From Bacillota bacterium (GTDB taxonomy: Bacteria; Bacillota; DTU025), in assembly GCA_050951805.1 (NCBI GenBank), contig JBMNJT010000002.1, positions 1,280,001-1,344,000 on the forward strand: a stretch of DNA of 64,000 nt, written 5' to 3'. The position numbers were made by a program, and so were the translations under genes. Of the stretch, positions 20,891 through 31,181 are shown one piece after another. Within the stretch, counting starts at the first letter, position 1. Each line of letters begins with the position of its first letter. The notes beneath the pieces were generated by a model that was not told where the DNA came from, ran no database searches, and was given only the letters and a program-made list of their open reading frames with translations.

Positions 20891-21358
20891 TTACCCCCTG
20901 TAGAGCCACCTGATGAGCGCAACCAGCACACCGGAAAGAATCCCGTATACGAGGACTGGGCCTGCAATGATGAACATCTTGGCGCCCATGCCCAATATGT
21001 AGCCCTCACGCTTGAAGTCCATGGCTGCCGCCACAATTGTGTTGGCAAATCCGGTAATGGGAATGGCCGCCCCAGCACCCGCGAATTCGCCTATATGGTG
21101 ATATGCAGAAAGGCCTGTCAGTACCGAGCCTATCAGAATCATAGTGGCCAGCGTGGGTGCGGTTGCCTCGTCCTGAGTCATTCCACGGGACATGAAAGCG
21201 TTGATCACACCCTGTCCTACTGTGCAGATGAGACCTCCCACAACGAATGCCACCACTATGTTTCGGACAAGAGGGGGCTTGGGAACGATAGATGCCGCGA
21301 GCCTCTGGTACTTTGCTCTTTCGTCAGCTTTCTGTTTCTTTGCTCCCGGACTTGCCAA
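20891..21358 (-). CDS. spoVAC: Stage V sporulation protein AC
   Basis: AFVVGGLIC, AGAGAAIPITGFAN, MFIIAGPVLVYG. Start set to TTG 21358. Confidence 0.95.
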   Translation of the reverse strand: MASPGAKKQKADERAKYQRLAASIVPKPPLVRNIVVAFVVGGLICTVGQGVINAFMSRGMTQDEATAPTLATMILIGSVLTGLSAYHHIGEFAGAGAAIPITGFANTIVAAAMDFKREGYILGMGAKMFIIAGPVLVYGILSGVLVALIRWLYRG

Positions 21359-21379
21359 GATGCACACCCCCACATGGGC

Positions 21380-21409
21380 TAGTATGCAACCGGGCCGGAG
21401 GTTTCATTC
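21380..21409 (-). promoter_or_regulatory. SigG-type promoter of the spoVA operon
   Basis: GAATG-N18-CATACTA. spoVA is SigG-dependent in Bacillus subtilis. Confidence 0.75.
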
Positions 21410-22114
21410 ACCTTCCATGCTTCGCCTCAATGCAAGGAGGGCGGCTTTTTCGATCCTGTGCACCTGGGGCTGGGAAATTCCCAGCAAGCTGGCTGTCTCA
21501 GCCTGAGTGCGTTCTTCGAAGAAGCGCATCGCCACCACCGTGCGCTCGATTTCTGACAAGGCGGAAAGAGCATCGGAGAGGGCAATGGATTCACACACCG
21601 ATGTTTCAACGCCCAAATCGCCTGGAAGGACCTCGTGCAATTCGAGGGATTCATGATCGAAGCTTACCTGGTCGAAAAGGGAGTAGACATGTGCCTCAGA
21701 TTCCATGGCATAGACGACATCCGCTGCGTCTATCCCCAGACGAGCGGCGATCTCTGTTGCCTGAGGCTCCCTGGAAAGTTCGGCCCTGAGAGAATCCTGT
21801 GTATGGCGACATTTCTGCGCGAGCTCACGCACAGGCCTGGGAACGTGGATGGGACCTGAGCCTCTCAGGTAGGCCACTATTTCGGAGAGTATGATAGGCA
21901 CAGCAAAAGTGCTGAAAGTCGTGCCTCGCGACTGGTCGTACCGGTCGATTGCGCGGAGCAGACCAACACATCCTGCTTGGTAGAGATCTGCAATCTCCGC
22001 CCGACCCGCGAATCTTCGTGCCAACGACATCACAAGTCCCGCGTGTCGCCGGGCTTCGGCTTCGCGGGATGACAAGAATGCAGATCCGCCTTGCGTATCG
22101 GCGTTCCACATCAT
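21404..22114 (-). CDS. sigF: Forespore sigma factor F
   Basis: DLYQAGCVGL, FSTFAVPII, TQAETA, ISQPQVHRIEK; third gene of the spoIIA operon. Confidence 0.88.
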   Translation of the reverse strand: MMWNADTQGGSAFLSSREAEARRHAGLVMSLARRFAGRAEIADLYQAGCVGLLRAIDRYDQSRGTTFSTFAVPIILSEIVAYLRGSGPIHVPRPVRELAQKCRHTQDSLRAELSREPQATEIAARLGIDAADVVYAMESEAHVYSLFDQVSFDHESLELHEVLPGDLGVETSVCESIALSDALSALSEIERTVVAMRFFEERTQAETASLLGISQPQVHRIEKAALLALRRSMEGE

Positions 22115-22548
22115 CCTCCCCGCTCCGGAGAGAAGATCATCTCAACGCGCGTGCCTACGCCCAGTTCCGACTTTACGTCGACCTGATCAGCCAGGGCTTC
22201 CATCAAGGTAAATCCCATGCCAAGTCTCTCGGAGTCAGTAGTCACGCCAGGCTTTCGCGCCATTGCAACATCAGCTATGCCTATTCCCTTGTCTTCAATG
22301 GAGACCACAAACTCTGATTCACGTGCCTCCATGACCATCAATACTGTCGGCCTTGCTTCGCCAGGACCAGGGTAAGCATGGATAATGCAATTTGACACTG
22401 CCTCTGAGACGGCAAGCTTGATGTCTTCAAGGTCTTCTACAGTAAAACCGAGTCCAGCAGCAAAGCTGGCGGCGGCAACGCGGGCAAAGCCGAGATTGCC
22501 AGGGATCGCATCAAACTCAACCTTTGCATGGTTCACTTTCGCGTGCAT
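22111..22548 (-). CDS. spoIIAB: Anti-sigma F factor
   Basis: DIKLAVSEAVSNCIIHAY, DKGIGI, GMGFTLME. Confidence 0.95.
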   Translation of the reverse strand: MHAKVNHAKVEFDAIPGNLGFARVAAASFAAGLGFTVEDLEDIKLAVSEAVSNCIIHAYPGPGEARPTVLMVMEARESEFVVSIEDKGIGIADVAMARKPGVTTDSERLGMGFTLMEALADQVDVKSELGVGTRVEMIFSPERGG

Positions 22549-22895
22549 TTTCTGACCTCCGCTTCCGCCGCGAGGGCCTGCTTCAGTGTGTCATAGACAT
22601 GTATAACCGAAGGCACACCCAGAAGGTCCAAAGCCCGCATCGCCTGCGGGCTCGGAGAGGCTATCGCGAGCGTTCCCCCGCGCAATGCCATTCGCCTGTG
22701 CCTGCCGAACAACACCCCTATGCCAGAACTGTCAATAAACGCAACTCGGTCCATGCACAGTATGACCCGGGCAACACCTGGATGAGAGTCTATTAATGAA
22801 TCGAGAACCCTGCGAAACTCGTCAGCGCAAGTCAGGTCGAGCTCGCCGGCGATCTCTACGACAAGACTGTTGCCAGAAACCTCCCATTCGATCAA
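22533..22895 (-). CDS. spoIIAA: Anti-sigma F antagonist
   Basis: STAS domain GELD, FIDSSGIG; TTG start at 22895 after a GGAGG SD. Confidence 0.92.
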   Translation of the reverse strand: MIEWEVSGNSLVVEIAGELDLTCADEFRRVLDSLIDSHPGVARVILCMDRVAFIDSSGIGVLFGRHRRMALRGGTLAIASPSPQAMRALDLLGVPSVIHVYDTLKQALAAEAEVRKCTRK

Positions 22896-22932
22896 CCGCC
22901 ATCCCCCGCCTCCCCATTGGCTTGACTCAGAG

Positions 22933-22959
22933 ATTCTCTGCCAAAGCGGCTTCTCCTTC
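22933..22959 (-). promoter_or_regulatory. SigH-type promoter of spoIIA, with a nearby Spo0A box
   Basis: GAAGGAGAA-N11-AGAGAAT; TGACGAA (0A box TGNCGAA) at 23013-23019. Confidence 0.7.
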
Positions 22960-22989
22960 CAGCTAATGGCCGACAAGGGCACGACAGAA

Positions 22990-24204
22990 TCAGCGAAAAT
23001 CAAAGAGAGACCTGACGAATTCCTTCGTCGACCTTACAACCAAGGTAAACGCGCCTGCTTTCGGAATGTCATCGACCGCCACTAGATCAGCCGAGTTTAT
23101 CTCCACACCTTCAACATAGGCCACAATCTTGCCAACACGCTGCCCCCGTTCAACCGGAGCGCTAACATATTGGGGAAGCTCCAGCCTGGCATCGACCCCA
23201 TCGCCTTCTCCTCTTAAAGTCACCACTGTGAAATCTGAATCGACCGTGACGCCGACTTCGGTATCGATTCCTCGCAGGACGCGGACCCGCCCCATTTCCT
23301 GCCCGGAGCGGGCGATCACGTGAGCTTCGCACATCTTGAAACCGTAATCGAGCAACGTAGAGGCTTCAGAGAACCTGACAGCGCTGGTTGGAACACCGAG
23401 CACTACCCCTATGACTCTGACATTGTTTCTCACAGCCGTAGCCGAGAGGCAATACCTAGCTCTTTCGGTATATCCGGTCTTCACTCCGTCCGCGCCCGGG
23501 TAGAATCGTATCAGCCTATTGGTGTTGGTCAACATGTTCTGACCGTCCCTGACGTAGCCGATCCATATTGTCAGCCACTCATGAATACGCGGGTGCTTGA
23601 GGAGTTCGCGGGACATTATCGCTACATCCCGCGCGCTGGAGACACAGTCTTCACTTGGGCTCTTGCCGGGAAGCCCTGTTGCGTTAATAAAATGCGTATT
23701 CTTGCATCCCAGAGCCTGCGCCTTCTCGTTCATCAAGGCCACAAAGGCGGGCTCGCTCCCGGCCACGTGTTCAGCTAGAGCGACTGCAGCATCATTAGCC
23801 GATTCTATGGCCACCGCCTTCACAAGTTCAGATACAGCCATAGACTCTCCAGGTTCAAGCCAAATCTGGGATCCCCCCATGGAGGCTGCGTGCTCGGAAG
23901 TGATGTAGATGTCGTCTAAATCTATCCGACCTGCCTCAAGAGCCTCCATGACAAGGGTGAGCGTCATCACCTTTACCACGCTTGCGATCGGACGTGCCAC
24001 ATCAGCGTTCTTTTCCCACAAGACACGTCCGCTGCTTGCCTCCATCAGTATGGCGCTGGGAGCCGTAATTTTCTTGTCAAGATCCAGCGACATGGCAGCA
24101 AGAGGGGCGCTCTGCGCGCCGCAAATCCCTACCTTGACGACTAACAACAGGGCAACGAGAGCAAGTGCCGCCCTACATGCCCTACCGCAGCGAATGTATG
24201 ACAA
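22990..24204 (-). CDS. dacF: D-alanyl-D-alanine carboxypeptidase
   Basis: SxxK (ASVVK), SxN (SAND), KTG; directly upstream of spoIIA. Confidence 0.92.
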   Translation of the reverse strand: MSYIRCGRACRAALALVALLLVVKVGICGAQSAPLAAMSLDLDKKITAPSAILMEASSGRVLWEKNADVARPIASVVKVMTLTLVMEALEAGRIDLDDIYITSEHAASMGGSQIWLEPGESMAVSELVKAVAIESANDAAVALAEHVAGSEPAFVALMNEKAQALGCKNTHFINATGLPGKSPSEDCVSSARDVAIMSRELLKHPRIHEWLTIWIGYVRDGQNMLTNTNRLIRFYPGADGVKTGYTERARYCLSATAVRNNVRVIGVVLGVPTSAVRFSEASTLLDYGFKMCEAHVIARSGQEMGRVRVLRGIDTEVGVTVDSDFTVVTLRGEGDGVDARLELPQYVSAPVERGQRVGKIVAYVEGVEINSADLVAVDDIPKAGAFTLVVRSTKEFVRSLFDFR

Positions 24205-24278
24205 GAAGCATGCCTCCCTCCTTCACTTCTCTCAAAAGAGCATATTCGGAGGCATGCCCTGTTATACAGTTCCCGCGT

Positions 24279-25586
24279 TCAGGACTCTATGGTTCGATAC
24301 ACGAGCGGCGGAGGCTCAATAGGTTCGGCGGAATAAGTGTAGGCTTTAGCCGCCACTGACAGTCCTTCCGTCAACAGAGAAGTGCTGCTGGCGTACAGTT
24401 TTGCAACTGGCTGTCCTTGTTCAACAGGATCGCCGATTGAGACCAAAGTCACCAACCCGCATTCGAGATCTACGCTATCTTCCTTTCGCGCGCGGCCCGC
24501 GCCCATGGACATCGCTGCCTTTCCAAGGGTCATCGCGTCGACAGAGGCCACATATCCGCTGCAGGGAGCGGTGATATACTCTGAGTAGGGGGCAACAGGC
24601 AGACGCCTTGGATCGTCAATATAGGCTGGATCGCCGCCCTGGGCTACTACCATCTCGCGCAGCTTCTCGAGGGCTGCTCCTGAATCAACCACATCGTTCA
24701 GTCTCGCGCGCGCTGCCTCTATGCTCGATTCTGCGCCGCCCATCACTACCATCCTTGCCCCAAGCTCCAAACAAAGATCAAAAAGGCGCCCGCGCTCTTC
24801 GCCGGCAAGAGTTTGAACAGCTTCAATTACCTCAAGAGTATTTCCCACCCCATGGCCAAGGGGCTGGTTCATGTCGGAGATCACCGCCGCCATCTTCCGC
24901 CGGGCCATCCGCCCGATGTCCACCATAAGGCCAGCGAGTGCCTCTGCCTGAGAAAGGTCGTGCATGAACGCGCCCGTTCCTGTCTTCACATCGAGGACTA
25001 TTGCATCTGCTCCTGTTGCCAGTTTTTTACTCATAATGCTGGCGGCAATGAGAGGGATGCTCTCGACCGTGGCAGTAACATCTCTCAGCGCGTAAAGGAT
25101 CTTGTCGGCAGGGGCCACGTCCTCTGTTTGACCAACTATAGCGATGCCAATGCGGTTGACCTGCTCGATGAACTCCTCTTCTGATAAAGACACCCGCATT
25201 CCCGGAATGGACTCGAGTTTGTCCAGGGTTCCGCCTGTATGGCCCAACCCTCTTCCGGACATCTTCGCCACCGGCACTCCGGTTGCAGCAACCATGGGAG
25301 CGAGCACGAGTGTCGTGGTGTCCCCCACGCCCCCTGTGCTGTGTTTATCTACCTTTGTCCCGCGAATAGCCGAAAGATCCACTATCTCTCCCGACCTTGC
25401 CATGGCCAGAGTGAGGGCAGCGGTCTCAGCGGGCGTCATGCCCTGAAAATAGACGGCCATGCAGAAAGCCGACATCTGGTAGTCGGGCACATCCCCGGAA
25501 ACCATGCCGTCTATCAAGAAAAAGATCTCTTCCGGGCTCAGTTCGCCACCGTCTCGCTTTTTCATGATTATATCCGGGACTCTCAT
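24279..25586 (-). CDS. pdp: Pyrimidine-nucleoside phosphorylase
   Basis: DKHSTGGVGD, KMSGRGLGHTGGTLDKLE. Confidence 0.95.
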   Translation of the reverse strand: MRVPDIIMKKRDGGELSPEEIFFLIDGMVSGDVPDYQMSAFCMAVYFQGMTPAETAALTLAMARSGEIVDLSAIRGTKVDKHSTGGVGDTTTLVLAPMVAATGVPVAKMSGRGLGHTGGTLDKLESIPGMRVSLSEEEFIEQVNRIGIAIVGQTEDVAPADKILYALRDVTATVESIPLIAASIMSKKLATGADAIVLDVKTGTGAFMHDLSQAEALAGLMVDIGRMARRKMAAVISDMNQPLGHGVGNTLEVIEAVQTLAGEERGRLFDLCLELGARMVVMGGAESSIEAARARLNDVVDSGAALEKLREMVVAQGGDPAYIDDPRRLPVAPYSEYITAPCSGYVASVDAMTLGKAAMSMGAGRARKEDSVDLECGLVTLVSIGDPVEQGQPVAKLYASSTSLLTEGLSVAAKAYTYSAEPIEPPPLVYRTIES

Positions 25587-25615
25587 TTAAACTCCTCCGC
25601 TCTTGCCGCGCACAG

Positions 25616-26812
25616 CTACAGTATTTCGTTGAGAAAGCTCTCTCCCCTCAGTGTCCATCCTACCTCGAGAAAATCCGCGACAGTTGCACCGAGATCAGAA
25701 AAAGTCTCCCTCACGCCCACATGGGCGCCACATCGCCCCTTCCTTTGCCTGGCAGGAGAATATGCGAGCACGGGAACGTATTCCCTGGAATGGTCTGTGC
25801 TTGGCGTAGTGGGGTCATTGCCATGATCCGCACAGATCGCCAGAAGGTCCGATTCACCGAGTCTTCCAAGGAGTTCCGGGAGGCGGGAATCGATATGTTC
25901 CAACCCGCGCGCAAAGCCCTCCACATCATTGCGGTGTCCCCATTTCATGTCGAAATCTATGAGGTTGGCGAATATGAGGCCCGAATGCCCACTGTCAAGG
26001 AATTCGAGGACAGCATCGAATATGGCGTCATTTCCTGCCACGTGCTTTGAACGCGTAATCCCTTGGTTCGCAAAGATATCGTCTATCTTGCCGCACGCCA
26101 TCACCTCTAGCCCCTCGCGGGCAACGAGATCCAACAAAGTGGGCCCTGGCGGCACCAGTGAAAAATCGCGCCTTCTTTCGGTTCGGATAAAGTTGCCGGG
26201 CACACCGATGAACGGACGGGCAATTACCCTGCCCACGGCGTGAGGCCCCGAAAGCAATTCCCTGGCGATCTTGCACATCTCATACAGCTCGGCCGGTGGG
26301 ATCACCTCTTCATGAGCGGCAATCTGAAAGACTGAATCGGCGGAGGTATAGACTATTGGGCTTCCCGTGCGGATGTGTTCCTCGCCTAGTTCCTCTATGA
26401 TCTTGGTGCCCGATGCCGGGATATTTCCGATGACCTTCCTGCCTATAGCTTCCTGGAACGGGAGAATGATCTCGGGCGGAAACCCTTTGGGATACGTGGG
26501 GAATGCCTGATCCAGCTGTATACCGGCCAATTCCCAATGTCCGGTCGTAGTATCCTTTCCGGGAGACTTTTCGGCCATTGTGCCGTACGAGGCCAGAGGA
26601 TGCTCGATTGCGGCAACTCCGCAAATCTCATGTCCGGCAGCTGCCGCAAGGTTGCCCAATCCCAGTTTTTCAAGGTTCGGAAGATTCAACCCTCCTACTG
26701 CACGCGATGTATTCACCAAGGTATTGCTTCCTAAGTCGCCATATTCACCGGCGTCGGGAAGCTCTCCGATCCCTACACCGTCAAACACGATGATCAGTGC
26801 TCGCATACTCAT
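25616..26812 (-). CDS. deoB: Phosphopentomutase
   Basis: [36 protein letters not shown]. Confidence 0.96.
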   Translation of the reverse strand: MSMRALIIVFDGVGIGELPDAGEYGDLGSNTLVNTSRAVGGLNLPNLEKLGLGNLAAAAGHEICGVAAIEHPLASYGTMAEKSPGKDTTTGHWELAGIQLDQAFPTYPKGFPPEIILPFQEAIGRKVIGNIPASGTKIIEELGEEHIRTGSPIVYTSADSVFQIAAHEEVIPPAELYEMCKIARELLSGPHAVGRVIARPFIGVPGNFIRTERRRDFSLVPPGPTLLDLVAREGLEVMACGKIDDIFANQGITRSKHVAGNDAIFDAVLEFLDSGHSGLIFANLIDFDMKWGHRNDVEGFARGLEHIDSRLPELLGRLGESDLLAICADHGNDPTTPSTDHSREYVPVLAYSPARQRKGRCGAHVGVRETFSDLGATVADFLEVGWTLRGESFLNEIL

Positions 26813-27735
26813 GCGTCTCCTTCCCCAAGCGCCCTCGGGTGGTGCTTATTGTATACCTCCCTCAGTCTCACCTGAGTTAAGTGAGTATAAACTTGCGTAG
26901 TGCGGATATCCGCGTGTCCCAGCAACTCCTGGACCGACCTCAAGTCCGCCCCGTTTTCAAGCATGTGCGTGGCGAATGAGTGCCTGAGCGTGTGGGGAGT
27001 GATGTCAGTGGAGATGCCCACCTTGAGCGCACGGCGCTTTATCATCTTCCAAAACCCCTGCCGAGTCATGGCAGTTCCGCGGTTCGTTATGAAAAGGTAG
27101 TTATCCTTGCAGACGCCGGCAAGTTCGCGGCGTCCGAAAGCAAGGTATCTCTCTATGGCCTCTATTGCGCGTCTTCCCACTGGAACGATTCTCTCTCGGT
27201 CACCCTTGCCCACACAGCGCACGTAACCAAGCTCCATGTCTACATCTTCAGTGGTCAAAGAGATCAGCTCCGAGACTCTCAGCCCAGACGCGTACATCAG
27301 TTCCAACATGGCCGTGTCGCGAAGGGACTGAGGATCATACCCCGGCGCCGATGAGAGTAACCTGTTTACCTCCTCCTCGGTGAGCACGTCAGGCAGCCGC
27401 TGTGGCTGCCGAGGCGATTCCAGGTTCGCAGTGGGATCCGCCTTCACGTATCCTTCTTGTAGCATAAACCTGTAGTATCTGCGTAGTGATGTAAGTCGCC
27501 TCGCAGCTGATGAAGGTGATCCGCCTGACTCTATGGAGCGTGCAATGAACGACGCTACCATGGATTGACTCGCCGTAAGGATATCGTCATCAATAGGCTC
27601 ATCTGATTGACGCCCGGATTTCGCCGCATACTCCGCAAACTGCGAGAGGTCGCGGGCGTACGCCTCTAGCGTGTTTTCCGATAGACCCCGTTCAACCGCT
27701 AGATAGTTGATGTATTCTTCTACAGATGGAAGCAC
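26809..27735 (-). CDS. xerD: Tyrosine recombinase XerD
   Basis: [38 protein letters not shown]; AGGAGG SD before GTG 27735. Confidence 0.95.
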   Translation of the reverse strand: MLPSVEEYINYLAVERGLSENTLEAYARDLSQFAEYAAKSGRQSDEPIDDDILTASQSMVASFIARSIESGGSPSSAARRLTSLRRYYRFMLQEGYVKADPTANLESPRQPQRLPDVLTEEEVNRLLSSAPGYDPQSLRDTAMLELMYASGLRVSELISLTTEDVDMELGYVRCVGKGDRERIVPVGRRAIEAIERYLAFGRRELAGVCKDNYLFITNRGTAMTRQGFWKMIKRRALKVGISTDITPHTLRHSFATHMLENGADLRSVQELLGHADIRTTQVYTHLTQVRLREVYNKHHPRALGEGDA

Positions 27736-28303
27736 AGAACACTCCCTCCTGTTCGATCTATAGCCGCTACAGCAGGAGCGGCAAGCTATGCCGCCTGCCA
27801 ACTCACGGGCTGATTGCATTAATTCGGTGCGTCCCCATTCATGCAGGGTAACAACTTCCGCCATATCATCGTCCGATTTCTAAACGGTCTCTTCGACGTT
27901 GGTCAGTGTAGTCCTGCATGGATCCTGAGGCAAAGAGCATCACAGTCCATGTCTTTTCCAATACAATTCTGAAATCCCCACCCTTGTAGTAGGCTTTGCG
28001 GAAGAGTCTTAGCCCGATGATGCGCGGGCCGCCAGACTCTGGATTCACGGATCCCCATTCTGCAACCACAACCCATATCTAGGCCGGATAGCGGCGGCCT
28101 CAGATCCAAAACGTCTCCTTGTTCTGCCTCGGTGGGGCAAAGACACGAGAAAACCGGCGCACGGCAACACATGCGGAAAAAGAGTGAACGGATTGAGGAG
28201 GGTTCGCCATAAGAAGCCAGGTGAAGTCGGCCCTCGAATTCGCGGAAGACGTTGTTCTGCGCACTAGCCGCTCAATTAGGCAAGAATACGTGTTGCGAGT
28301 TGG

Positions 28304-28957
28304 TTAGACGAATCTTGCAGCAAGTATCAAGATTGCCGGGGATACATAAGCCTGGACGAAAGAGGCCGCCGACAGGAGAATAGCAGAGATTGCCACCCCT
28401 GCAACCGATCGAGAGAAGGCAAGTTTCACATCTGAAGCCATGCCTATAAGGTTGGTTCCGATTACCGCCCATGAAAACGACATGGAGACAAAGCAGGCGA
28501 GTATGAGGGCTGGAACAGCTAGGATGTTATGGGGAAGCACTGATGCCACAGCAAGTGCCGCGCCCGGCCCCGACAACTCGCGCACCATGAAGGCCACGGT
28601 GAACCCGATGGAAAAACCGCGGACGAAAAGAATAACAAGCGCCCCGGGGAAGCCTAGGATCGTGAGGCCTGAAAGCCATATGAGCCCTACCGAAGCCAGA
28701 TTCGAGCCCAGGCTATATGCTAACGCCTTGCCAGGCGCAACAGGAAGTGTATGTCTCAGGCTGGCCAGGCCGGCCTCAAGATAAGAGAACAGCTCGGTTC
28801 TGCCTTCCTTCAACATCGAGGCTTGAACTGCGCCACAGCTTACTCCTGTAATGAATACTACAAACGTCAGCCAGTATCCAACCATATTCGAACGAGCATG
28901 GCTCAACACAGACCGGGATGTGCGACGTGCTCTGGCCATCTTGTACACCCCCTCCAT
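28304..28957 (-). CDS. spoIIM: Stage II sporulation protein M
   Basis: RGFSIGFTV, LPHNIL; multi-TM; expected synteny. Confidence 0.92.
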   Translation of the reverse strand: MEGVYKMARARRTSRSVLSHARSNMVGYWLTFVVFITGVSCGAVQASMLKEGRTELFSYLEAGLASLRHTLPVAPGKALAYSLGSNLASVGLIWLSGLTILGFPGALVILFVRGFSIGFTVAFMVRELSGPGAALAVASVLPHNILAVPALILACFVSMSFSWAVIGTNLIGMASDVKLAFSRSVAGVAISAILLSAASFVQAYVSPAILILAARFV

Positions 28958-29002
28958 AGAGCATGGATATGCGCTACAGGGAGGATCAATGCCAAGATGG
29001 AT

Positions 29003-30205
29003 CTATTCGACTACAGCCTTTCCGTATGCACCGCCTCCACCAGATTGAATGCCGAGACGCCCTTCCCTGGCCAAGCATATCCTGTGTGCAATCTCCTCCC
29101 CCACTACCTCCGCAATGTCCGATTCTATAGTCTCATGGATAACGGTCATCTCTGTGCCGAAGGCGTCGATAAGCGCCCCTATTCTCGCCGGTCCCAGGCC
29201 TGGCACGAACTCCAGGGGAATCTGGTAATTGTACGAAGGACGATGGGGTGGATGAATCGGTTCCGCAGTATCGGAAAGCTCGTCGATTCGGTCGGCAACA
29301 CCCCGAACCGTCCGAACGCTTCCACAGACGGGGCAAGCGCATGAATTTGGCAATGCCTTGAATCGATGCCCACACTCTTCGCACGCCGTGAGATGATATT
29401 TGCCAAGACGCGGATCGAGGCCGTAGTTGGCCACGACTCTGCGCCCATCGAGACGCGCAAGGGCCAGCCGGACCTCGGAAAAGGATGGCGCTTTCATACG
29501 CATGACGTTGTATTCCCGTCCAATCTTCGGCAACGAATGGGCGTCTGAATTCGAGGTAAATGTATAGTGCGACAGCTCCCCTATCCTGTCGGCCATGTCA
29601 GTGTCAGCAGAAAGTCCTAGCTCTACTCCGTCAACTAGTTTTCGCACATCCTCGCCGAACACTTCTGACATTCTGTGGGCGCAGGTTCCGTACAGGCTCT
29701 TGTGTGGGGTAAATGCGTGGGCAACCAAGAAAAGTCCTCCACTATCGGCAGCGAGCTGCGCAAGCTCCACAGGCGATAACCGCGCTCTCTGGGTGGAAAG
29801 ATCCATGTTAGACACATATCGTGAAAGGCTGCGCGAATACTGGCGCAAGGCAGTCAAGGTTGGAAAGAGACTGAGATAGTGGGCGCCTCTAGCCGATCCC
29901 GGACAGGCGGATTCCACCTCTGCACCGGGTATGACCGTAGTCTTGTCGAGGTATCTAAACCCTCCGCCAGGCGCCTCGGTCATGTCGCCCGATTCAAGAA
30001 GGGCCTCTATATCCTTGAGAACCCTTGTTGATGCACAATCTACGACGGCGACAATGTCAATGCCTTTGCGGGTGGCTGCCTCCTTCGCTATATTGGCAAA
30101 TGTTAGATTGCGCGCACCCGAGACTTTTACAGGCTTGCCTGCAGAATCTCTTCCGATATGGACGTGAAGGTCGACAAAGTAGCGGTTGAGCCCTCGTTCT
30201 GACAT
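29003..30205 (-). CDS. Endonuclease Q family (TIGR00375/YqxK)
   Basis: PHP motifs DLHVH, AHAFTP, ELGLSAD, NSDAHS; LGKYH; CxxC...CxxC zinc finger. Confidence 0.92.
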   Translation of the reverse strand: MSERGLNRYFVDLHVHIGRDSAGKPVKVSGARNLTFANIAKEAATRKGIDIVAVVDCASTRVLKDIEALLESGDMTEAPGGGFRYLDKTTVIPGAEVESACPGSARGAHYLSLFPTLTALRQYSRSLSRYVSNMDLSTQRARLSPVELAQLAADSGGLFLVAHAFTPHKSLYGTCAHRMSEVFGEDVRKLVDGVELGLSADTDMADRIGELSHYTFTSNSDAHSLPKIGREYNVMRMKAPSFSEVRLALARLDGRRVVANYGLDPRLGKYHLTACEECGHRFKALPNSCACPVCGSVRTVRGVADRIDELSDTAEPIHPPHRPSYNYQIPLEFVPGLGPARIGALIDAFGTEMTVIHETIESDIAEVVGEEIAHRICLAREGRLGIQSGGGGAYGKAVVE

Positions 30206-30268
30206 TATGTAAACATCCCCAATTACAGTCAGTATTGATCGATCAGATTATTCCATTGGATTTTGGCA

Positions 30269-30850
30269 TTACGCACGACATATGCTGCAAGCGCATGAGC
30301 TGACAGGAGAAAGGCCTAACATCCACGAAAGGTGGAGCAGTCCGGCAAGGGTTTTTACATCCCTTATCTCCTGCTTTGCCAGGATCTCAGGTATCTGGCT
30401 TACCGGCATCAGCTCCGTTCTGACGAATTCGTCATCATCGGGGCAGGCCTCGCCAATGTGGTCAACTGTTCCCGCATACAGGTGCATGAACTCCGTGGCA
30501 AAGCCGACCGCAATATAGAAGCCTGCAATTTTCTTCAGTTCAGCGCATGTACAACCGGTCTCCTCAAGCAGTTCTCTTTGCGCTGCCGCCCTAGGGGATT
30601 CTCCCGGATCGATACGGCCGGCCGGGATCTCAAGAAGCTCTTCACCCCCTGCGTACCTGTACTGCCGCACGAGTACAACCTTGTCATCACGCGTCACAGG
30701 TACCACTGCCACGGAATCCCGCGTTCTTACGACTTCCCTCGTGGCCGTGCGCCCGTTTGGAAGTTCAACCTTGTCCACATTAAGAGTCACAATCTTCCCG
30801 TTGTAGATCGTCTCACTGCTAATAGCTTTTTCAGTAAGGTCTTGTTCCAT
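30269..30850 (-). CDS. nudF: ADP-ribose pyrophosphatase (Nudix)
   Basis: EIPAGRID...AAQRELLEETG, DDDEF; AGGAGG SD before ATG 30850. Confidence 0.9.
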   Translation of the reverse strand: MEQDLTEKAISSETIYNGKIVTLNVDKVELPNGRTATREVVRTRDSVAVVPVTRDDKVVLVRQYRYAGGEELLEIPAGRIDPGESPRAAAQRELLEETGCTCAELKKIAGFYIAVGFATEFMHLYAGTVDHIGEACPDDDEFVRTELMPVSQIPEILAKQEIRDVKTLAGLLHLSWMLGLSPVSSCACSICRA

Positions 30851-31181
30851 TGATATCTGCCTCCTGAACATCCATGTAGTTTTCGCAAAGCCTCTCCGTG
30901 ATTTCCCGGCCTTTGCTCTTCCAATCGCCGCTCGGCAACTCCCCCCCGCCACACCAGGATGCTCCGCGGATCATACAGACCCATTGTAGCTACAAAAACA
31001 TGCAAAAACCAGGATGTAGACTCCGACCATCTCAACGGTCTTCTTCCGTATGCCGGACATATTCGGACAGATGAAGCACTATCCCCAGGCAACTCCCGGT
31101 CAGCCTTCCACACTATCTGTTCATTCGAACCATTTGCCTCTAGCCCAAGTTACACGGGAGCGCCCGAAGACTTTTGCAAAG

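Noticed and set aside
26809-27735. Integrase marking a mobile element
   Set aside because: Typical chromosomal XerD in its usual spoIIM-xerD-deoB context; no att sites or cargo seen.
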